The notes beneath the pieces were generated by a model, which did no database searches, had not been told where the DNA came from, and saw only the letters and a list, made by a program, of their open reading frames with translations. Of a stretch of DNA of 20,000 nucleotides, positions 1-7,870 are shown in pieces. The stretch spans positions 45,203 to 65,202 of the forward strand of contig JBPGPT010000056.1 in assembly GCA_051047955.1 (NCBI GenBank), written 5' to 3'. The position numbers and the translations under genes are program-made. The DNA is from Cystobasidiomycetes sp. EMM_F5 (lineage: Eukaryota). Every line of letters begins with the position of its first letter. The first letter of the stretch is position 1.

Positions 1-138
1 CTATTTGATACATTATTCTTTTGGTTTGGTATAGAGGGTATTTGATTGCGAACTTGCAAAGCTTCGAAACAATTCCCGGTAGCCGTAGTTTACGTACTTG
101 TTGTTACCAACGAGCTCCGACCAAACAAACGTCTATGC

Positions 139-2991
139 TCAGCTTCCGACTGACTGGCCGTCCAAAACACGATTGATGTTGAAGGCTGCGCTGATGATCG
201 CAATCGTAGGGAAAGATTGCGGGACGTTACCAAGTGCCTGGCCTGCCATCGAGATCTCTTCTGAGTATATACCGACGTGATTGGCATAGCCAAGCAGATC
301 TTCCATGAAGTTTCGTGCTTCGACTCTGATGTTACAGGAACGGTCAGAGAACGAAATCTCATATCGCATACAGAAAGTGTCGTAACGTACAGCATTGCTG
401 GGTCGTGCTGCCCTGCTCTTGTCAATGCCTCGATAGCCCAGGCAGCACACATTACTGCCATTCGCTTGCATGTCAGCAGATGCCCCTCTATACACATCTC
501 TCTCACTATCCGCCACTTACGGAATGCACCCTCTTCTCCGCCTACACCGTCATCGACCTTCGTAGTGTCGTATCGGTAGATCAGATGATTGACAGTCAGA
601 CCGCCCTTGTCTGTAGACCGATCAAAGGTGGTCAGCAGCAGCCTGCAGAATACCAGATTGTCCTACCCGGGGACTTGAGAATCCATCTCAGTGTAGATAG
701 CCATCTTGGATCGACAGGTGAAATAAAGAAGACCAAGGCTAGTGGTATTAAGCAGATCAGCAGCGACATTGTTCGTTAGACGACGAGCGACCTACGCATT
801 ATTAGTACGCTAGCGTCCAGGACCTCCTTATTCTCATACGACATGCAGAAGAAGCCTTTCTCTTCGTTCCAGCCTTTTTCCATAACATCCTCATATAGCT
901 TGTCACGAGTCTTGAGCCATATATCTTTGCGAGGACATGGCAAGGATCTCTTCTCCGCCAAGCGGATGCCACGATCAAGAGCGACCCACATCATAATCTT
1001 GGAATAGACAAAGTTTTGTTTCTGATTGCGCACTTCCCATATGCTCATGTCGGGCTCGTCGTAATTGTCGACCACATAGTCGACTATATCGCGGACTGAC
1101 TTCCATAACTCCCACGAGCAAGGCCGTGCCAGCTTAGAAGTCAAGTAAACACTGGTGACATACGGTCAATTTGTTAGGTAAACTTCAGCAATGGCGCCGC
1201 TTACGCATCCATGAGTTCCCCGTAGACGTCAAGTTGCAGATGGTCCGCTGCCCCGTTACCAATTCTTACGGGCCCTTGACCTTTATACCCTTCGAGATGC
1301 GGCAGTATTTTCTCTGTCAGGTCCGTTTCGCCTCGAATGCCAAACAGAATCTGAAGAGGCTTTCCATTCCCACACGTCTTGATACGACTTTGTATGAAGT
1401 CCATATATGCTGTTGCCTCTGCTGTGAAACCCAAACGAATGAGAGCGTAGACCGTAAAGGATGCATCACGAATCCACGAGAAACGGTAGTCCCAGTTTCG
1501 GCCTTCGCCATTCATACCTTCCGGCAGAGAAAACGTTGCAGCCGCAATGATTGCACCCGTCAATTCGAATGTGAGCAGCTTCAAAGTGATTGCTGATCGA
1601 TGCACAAATTCTCGCCATCGCCCTTTGTATTTTGAGTGATGGCTGATTTAAATATAATCTTCGTTAGCTCTGCCACCGTATCGTGGAGAGGGCAAACATA
1701 CATCCACGTAAACCAATACGCACTAGTCTGGTTGCACATAAGTGTCAGCGAATACTGCCAAACCGGAAACTTGTACTCACTGCTTCCTGTATGGTTTGTA
1801 TGAGTGCGCTGTTCAGCAACGGGTCGAAAGCAGTAGCACTGAACATTTTCAGCTTGAGGCTCGCTTCGCCAGGATTGCGCGCTTGCAGAGGTGCCTTTGT
1901 GCTGATGAAAGACTTGTTGTCGGGCACTGCGGGAACATCATCTGCGGTATGTGGATCCTCTCTAAAGACGAAATCGACCGTCTGGCCTTCTGTCAATGTG
2001 AAGGTCGCTGAAATACCAGGACCCTTATGGCGTGGCCAAGTCTTGCTATCAATCTCAAAATCGACGCCTGTAATCGCATCTTGTTCGCAGAGTCCCAACT
2101 CTGGATTGGTACCAGTCACGCAACGAAGTTCCATTGTCATGTCTTTTGACTTGAAGACTGCCTTTTTGCGCGTCTTGCCATCATTCGCTTTAGACGCCTG
2201 GTCATCATCGACAACGGTCGTTTCGTGCTCTGCTCGTGCATAGTCGAAGCCAGGGAAACACTCTAGCCGGAAAGGTAGTGTCCCGCGCTGGATCTCTACC
2301 CGTCGAATAAGCCAAGGCAGTAGCGGTTTGTCGCTGCGACTTGTGGATGCGGGTCTTGGCATAAAGTCGGTGATTGTGCAGACGCCTTCATCTGCGAGCC
2401 ACTTCGTTTGGATGATGGCACTGTTTGGAAGGTATTGTTGCTTGCTGTGGCAGTGGTCAACTGCCGGTTGAATCATGAAATGCCCGCCAATGTCCTTGTC
2501 GAGAATTCGTGCGAATATAGAGGGCGAATCAAAGTATGGCCAGCAGACTGCGGAGGACATATGTCATGAGATGTAAAGTTGGCTGCTCCACACTAAGCAT
2601 GCTATCTCACGAGAGTCGATGGAAGAGTCCCTTCCAACCATGGCTGCCGTTCTCAGGTTACCAATGATAGCTTGGGTGGATAAGTGAGCTAGCATCATTC
2701 AATGTACGCAGTCAATAGCATCGTGACCTACCATAGTCACTGTTTGAGCATTGCGGGGCATCTTTGGTCAGTACGCACGTCATAATTGAGAGTTGCTGCC
2801 AGCTACCTTATTTCGAGGTAACCGGCGCCATGCCTAGCTGCCTTGAGGTAGTGGCTGTTCCTCGACGTCTTTGACGTGTCTATTCCGTCGAGCTTGCTGG
2901 ATTTTGACGATCCTGATCCTTCGCTGTTGCTCGACCGGGAGCCTCCAATGCGGACGGCGTCGTCATTCTGGTCGCAGGTGGAAGCTGCCAT
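139..2991 (-). CDS. Glycoside hydrolase family 15 protein (trehalase/glucoamylase-like, N-terminal beta-sandwich plus (alpha/alpha)6 barrel), no signal peptide, ~750 aa, 11 exons
   Basis: Exons 2991-2807, 2739-2732, 2670-2611, 2547-1781, 1727-1702, 1642-1205, 1151-796, 738-667, 610-521, 454-391, 325-139 are joined by GT-AG introns of 53-67 nt and sum to 2253 nt in frame. GH15 motifs: [150 protein letters not shown]. Confidence 0.95.
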
Positions 2992-3130
2992 GATAGAGGT
3001 TACGATATAGCTTATCAGCTAATAATCAGTAGCTCGTCAGTGTTCAGGCCAAGTCAGTATGCTTTCAAGAAGCAATATAATGCGCGCATTTCGGTCAGCC
3101 TTCTGCCAATTGAGCAAAAACATGGCATGA
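2992..3130. promoter_or_regulatory. Putative compact bidirectional promoter between the GH15 gene and the coiled-coil gene
   Basis: Only 139 bp separate the divergent ATGs (2991 minus, 3131 plus), with an AT-rich AATATAAT at ~3074-3081. Inferred from gene arrangement only. Confidence 0.45.
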
Positions 3131-4303
3131 ATGCAGAACAATCATGGCAAGAGCAGCGCAGCTCCGAGGAGAACACGGCTGAGGTGCGAGCGCAGCTGCT
3201 GGCGACTTGAACGGCACCGATAGCTCACGGTTTGGCTGGCTGGATCAAACAGCCTGCCGTCAATCAGGATATCGACGCCAGAACCGCAGGGAAACACGAG
3301 TCCGAATGGCCAGACTCAGCGAAGTAGGCTAACCAATGGACAGCCTCGGACTGCTGTGCTCCCGGGTTCGTCGTCCGTTTTGCCATTGAGCAAGTCTACG
3401 GGTCATGCCCCAAACAGTGCCGACAGCCTCAACCTCAGCCTCAGCCTGGCTCGAGAGAAGAGTGCTCAGAGTGCGACCTCTGCTCGTAGTGACGGTAGAC
3501 CCCAGAAGACTGTCCCAGCCGCGGCATTGACCGACAGCAGCCCGCCCAGTCGACCTCGACAATCCAACACTCTATCACCAGCAGTAGCAGCCTTCTATCA
3601 GCTTCCGCCAGTCGAGGCGAGACTGCAAGCCAAGTATGCAGACCGTCAGGCGGCTGAAGAAGCAGACGGACAACTGGATGAGGTGCTCCCGACCGCGCTG
3701 GAGCAAGAGATTCGGGTCCTAATAACGAAATGCGCTCACTACGAGCAGAAGCGTTCGACACTGCAGGTGCGATGCTTTCGTGTCAATCTGCGTACTTTTA
3801 GTCTGATCAGACCCTTCAGCACTCCATCGAGCACAAGATCCAATTGTGGGCAGACATGCTGGAAAGGTACGAAGAGCAGGACGAGGAAGCTTCCGTAGGC
3901 CACAGCTATATTGTCCTGCATACTCAAGCTGACGTCTATGATCACACAGGCCGTAAGAGAGTCTATTGCGTCGGCTCAGGGCATGCTGTCGCACGCTCAA
4001 GAGGGCATTGCCGTGCTATCAGACTGGTGTAACGAGATTACGAAATCTGTTGAAAGTCGCAAGGCGCGCCTCAGTGGCTTGCAAGACGAATTTGACAAGA
4101 CCAAAAAGGGCATTGAAACAATCAACAAGAAAATCAAAGAAGAGCTCGCGTTTGCAGCCAAGGCTAAACAGATTCAGCATGCGTCCATCATGGTGGCCAT
4201 TGGATTTGGCGGAGCGCTTCTTTTGGTGATGGTTGTCATGCTGACAATGAGATCGGTGGTGATAGACACGGCAAAGTCGTTTATCGCGCGTATTACAATG
4301 TAG
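3131..4303 (+). CDS. Hypothetical tail-anchored coiled-coil protein (~331 aa, 4 exons)
   Basis: Exons 3131-3183, 3253-3766, 3820-3894, 3950-4303 (introns 69, 53, 55 nt with GTGCGA/GTAGGC donors, CTCAC/CTGAY branch sites, CAG acceptors) sum to 996 nt in frame. The protein has a Ser/Pro-rich N-terminus, heptad-like helices (LEQEIRVLITK..., RLSGLQDEFDKTKKGIETINKKIKEEL) and one C-terminal hydrophobic helix (IMVAIGFGGALLLVMVVMLTM). The start codon is less certain than the rest. Confidence 0.8.
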
Positions 4304-4367
4304 CAGTCGGACAAGTGTTGCTCGTTGTGTTTTTCCTGAAACCCAACTTGCAAAAAAGCTGTAGAAT

Positions 4368-5550
4368 ATGCCCGCCAAAGGCTGGAAGCTCAACAAGGAG
4401 ACTGGCAAGTGGGAGCGGGATCCAAACTACGTTCCCGAGACTGCGACTGCTGCTTCGACGAGCGGAAAACGGGGAGGTGACGGGTCGGGCGGTCAAGGGT
4501 CTGGCAGCGGTGGGGACAACAGCATGGGAATGGACGAGCGAGGACTTTTGGCAGGGCTGGATCAGTTTGAGCTCCCGAAAGGGTCAGGTAGGTGCATTTG
4601 AATGGTGTGTTGACGGCCAGTCCATGATATGCTGACGATGGATTGATTTGACGCGTAAAGTGGTCAGGATAGCAAAGAACGCGGTAGGCTGGCGGAGGAT
4701 AGCTGCTTCAATTTGTTCAAGTAGCGGCTGATGCTTCTTCCGACGGCTCAGGTGCCGCCAGGTGTTACTCTGCGTACGCTCATCAGCAATGCTCAAAACA
4801 TCAATTCTATATCTAGCTGACGAGTTGCAATACTATGGCCCTAACCAGGCAAGGAAGTCCAAGTAGCAGTCGTCAAAGGCAGTACAGTCTTTGTGAGCTA
4901 TCTCGCAGCCATGTAAGCCGTCCCGAACGTACAAGCACAACGTCAATCTCACTGTGCTAATGAAAACCCTCGCATACCTTGATTTTGAAATCACTGCAAC
5001 AGAGCCGCTGAGGTAGCAGCCGCAAGAAACCAAAAGACGATAATGCCAGAACACATCTACGCCGCTCTACAGGAATTAGACTGGGAAGAAGACGAGGTCA
5101 AGCAGATGCAAAAGATGCTCAAAGGGCAACTGAAGGGTAGGCTGCGATTATCGACTGCCTGCATTATGGCGTAAAGTAATGTGACTGTCTCGATGACTTT
5201 CTACCCTGACAGAATTCAAGAAGCGTCGTGTGGCCAAGAAGACTGGTGTCCGACCAGGAGCACCTGGAGACGCGACAGCAGGTACTAGCAACGGCAACGC
5301 GGTACACATCGACTCGCCAGACGAAGACGCACCAGGCGACGAAGCAGCCGAAGACAGTCCTTTCGAGGCAGAAGATGAAGTGGACGCGACGGAGGAAGAG
5401 GGGTTCGAGTATGAAGACGAGACTGAAGGTGACAACGTTAGTGGGACGTCACTCGGTCATTTCTCCGAACAGCAAGGGCTCCCAGTGGAAGTGGGGGCAG
5501 GCGGGATGGATATCGATGCTGGTCAAAACGGCGTGGTTGTAGCACATTAG
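4368..5550 (+). CDS. DPB4: Histone-fold (NF-YB/H2B-like) DNA polymerase epsilon subunit D / CHRAC17 (POLE3) homolog with acidic C-tail, ~266 aa, 6 exons
   Basis: Exons 4368-4587, 4661-4683, 4752-4773, 4849-4912, 5003-5136, 5213-5550 sum to 801 nt. The spliced core LDQFELPKGSVVRIAKNAVPPGVTLRKEVQVAVVKGSTVFVSYLAAIAAEVAAARNQKTIMPEHIYAALQELDW matches the Dpb4/POLE3 histone fold and is followed by a D/E-rich tail. Confidence 0.9.
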
Positions 5551-5708
5551 AGTAGAGGTAATTACGAGATTGCTATACCTACCAGCTCGTAACAGAATGC
5601 AGAGTTATCGGGCAGGTTAGATTGGTATTCGTGACTGCCATCTATTTGCACATCGTTGTAATTTGAATAGCATCTCCACTTTCTCTCTCGAAGTCCCGCC
5701 AACGCGCC

Positions 5709-6242
5709 ATGGCGACCAAACCAGCCAAGTTCTGCCATACGTGCGGACGTTCTTTCACATGGCGTGCGTCCCTCAAGCAGAACTGGGAAGCTGCAAAGTA
5801 CTGCTCGAATGCCTGTCGCTCAAAACGGCCATCCAACAAACTCGATAAAGGCATCGAAGCGTCGTTTCTGCGGATGCTGTTGGCGGAGCAGAGCAGCAGC
5901 AGCGGCCTACTGTGCGAGGCAGTCCAGGCTGCCGATGGGCCAGAACGGACAACTGTCGACTGGCGAGAACGTTATCGACGAGCTGCCCGGCGATTGGCAA
6001 ACATCTACGAGCTGTGCGATATCGAGCACTACGACAAGGGCAAGTGGCAGCACGGTGATGGCAAGGGCGAGATGCGCGTACGGGTGCACAATGGCAAGGC
6101 GCAGGGAGTGCGACAACGCTTGGAAGAGCTGGCGGCAGACAACGACAGCGGACAACGACATGACGAAGATACTCGACAAGAATGTGAAACTGATGACGAG
6201 AGCGGCAATGTATCGACCGGTCAGGAAGCTGGAAAGATATAA
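5709..6242 (+). CDS. Intronless DUF2256 (CxxC...YCSxxCR zinc-finger-like) plus DUF3253-like (winged helix) fusion protein, 177 aa
   Basis: Single ORF with a good start context (gccATGG). KFCHTCGRSFTWRASLKQNWEAAKYCSNACR fits the DUF2256 pattern KxCxxCGRxFxWRxxWxxxWxxVKYCSxxCR. IEASFLRMLL..C..DWRERYRRAARRLA..IEHYDKG..GKGEMRVRV resembles DUF3253. Confidence 0.8.
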   Translation: MATKPAKFCHTCGRSFTWRASLKQNWEAAKYCSNACRSKRPSNKLDKGIEASFLRMLLAEQSSSSGLLCEAVQAADGPERTTVDWRERYRRAARRLANIYELCDIEHYDKGKWQHGDGKGEMRVRVHNGKAQGVRQRLEELAADNDSGQRHDEDTRQECETDDESGNVSTGQEAGKI

Positions 6243-6265
6243 ATCGATATGCGATAGAAATACGT

Positions 6266-6301
6266 CATGACTCAGGATTCGCCATGACTCAGGATTCGCC
6301 A
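6266..6301. repeat. Perfect 17-bp tandem duplication CATGACTCAGGATTCGC x2 (+CA)
   Basis: Copies at 6266-6282 and 6283-6299, read directly from the sequence. It lies between two convergent 3' ends. Confidence 0.95.
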
Positions 6302-6416
6302 GATCAAAAGGAGAGTGAATCAAGTGTGCTGTCGATAACACGGCGAGAGCATGGGTGAATGACGGGTACTGGATACCTACGCGCCTTGACCGATTCCGTC
6401 GACTGGAGATTCAACC

Positions 6417-7500
6417 TCATACGCCCTCACTCCGCAACTGTTTTGCAATCTCCGCCATACTGCCGTTCCACTTCATCCTGGCAGAGTCCGTCATATAGTT
6501 GAGCGGACCAGAGGCAATCACTGGCATCGAAGGCGGCTGCAAGGGGGCATCATCTGCTGACCCACTCGGTACCGAAACAGGCTCGACAGCCGTACTTTGG
6601 CCAGTTTCGTCATCAAGCAGGCTAGACGACCGTTTCAGGAGGTCCTTCATGCTAGGGGACAGCTGCAGAGCCTTGAGAGTATCTCCCTCCGCCATTGCTC
6701 TAGGCGGACTCAAAATGTTGGACTCGTCGGCTTGCGGTAGTCCGTCAACGTCGTCGCCAGTAGCGGCCAATACAGACTCTTGAAGCGGGGACTTGCGCTT
6801 GCGGTCTTTGTTTGTTACGAGTCCATACGATACAGGCACAGTCAATGTCGTTGCAGGCAATCCAGTCGCTTTAATCAGGCTCGGAGTGATTGGAGGCGGA
6901 GCCTTGCGTCTGCCATTGGCTGTCGGCAAGAGTGGTGCTGTGTCTGCAGTAGAGTCGGTCGATGCACGAGCGTTGTTTGGCGTTGGAGCAGGCTGCTTGT
7001 TTTGTGGCAAATCGCTACGAAGTCCCTTCGAGCTGTCTTGTCGCAGTGCTTGCGCGATGTCTGCCATAGCCTGGGATGGACGGCCATCAGCTATAGATCA
7101 GATACCCGAAATTCGATGAGCGACCTACTGGAGATGCCATTGCATTACATGCATCAACTCGGTCTAGATGTGAATGGTGGATAAAATCCTTTGGCGACCC
7201 AATCATACTCTTGGTGACTACCCTGTTGCGCTTCTGCAGCTTCTTGGGACTGCTGACGTTGCCATTCACGGCCATGTAGTTGTGATGCAACGACAGCGCT
7301 CGGCGGGGTGCTTGCCCATTGTACGAGACGGGTCGGACTTTGACTCGCTCTACGCCGGCTGGGCGCTGATTGTTGGCGAGCACATCACGACCGCTGCTGG
7401 CCAAGTTGATGTCTGCAGAGCTGAGTCGCTGGCCGTCGGTGCCAGATCGTCGCCGAGTAGTCGCATAAACGTCGGGATTGACGCAGCTGAAGAGGGGCAT
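6417..7500 (-). CDS. Mostly disordered protein with a CRIB/PBD-like (Cdc42/Rac-binding) motif, ~341 aa, 2 exons
   Basis: Exons 7500-7129 and 7070-6417 are joined by a phase-0 58-nt intron (GTAGGT...GCTGAT...CCCAG). MIGSPKDFIHHSHL matches the CRIB consensus ISxPxxFxHxxH and follows a basic stretch (KKLQKRNR). No kinase domain is present. Confidence 0.78.
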
Positions 7501-7646
7501 GAGGCTGATTGGGAAGAGAGATGTATGCAGGCTGCGTGGAGCTACACTTTCAGTTGGTCTGGGTTAGAAGTGGTCTCGGTTTCGTCAAGCACAGCTGCTG
7601 GCTGGCCCGTTGACCCGCCCACCGGCTCGCCTGCCGCTGTGCATGT

Positions 7647-7676
7647 TTGTTGTTGTTGTTGTTGTTGTTGTTGTTG
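7647..7676. repeat. Microsatellite (TTG)10 / (CAA)10
   Basis: Ten perfect TTG units in the divergent intergenic region, probably in the 5' leader of the CRIB gene on the minus strand. Confidence 0.95.
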
Positions 7677-7870
7677 GTTTGCATTCGTTTACTAGTCATG
7701 CAAAGCTGCGTCGTTGTATCGTGTCGGAGCAGAGTTGAAGCAGCGCAATGAAAGAACGACGTCGATATCTTTGTCGATCAATGGAGATAATGTCTTGATG
7801 CTCCTTGACTCTGTTCATTCCACTGATGCTCTAGCTAACACGCTTCTAACCCGGCTGACCATGTCCGAGC

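Noticed and set aside
6266..6301. CRISPR-like repeat or transposon target-site duplication
   Set aside because: Only two adjacent copies with no spacer, and no cas, transposase or terminal repeats nearby.
5764..6341. Overlapping ORFs (168 aa plus, 144 aa minus) over the DUF2256 gene
   Set aside because: No recognisable motifs; these are shadow ORFs expected in GC-rich coding DNA.
7174..7695. 173-aa plus-strand ORF ending in a poly-Cys run (metallothionein-like appearance)
   Set aside because: The Cys run is just the (TGT)n microsatellite, and the ORF is antisense to the CRIB gene.
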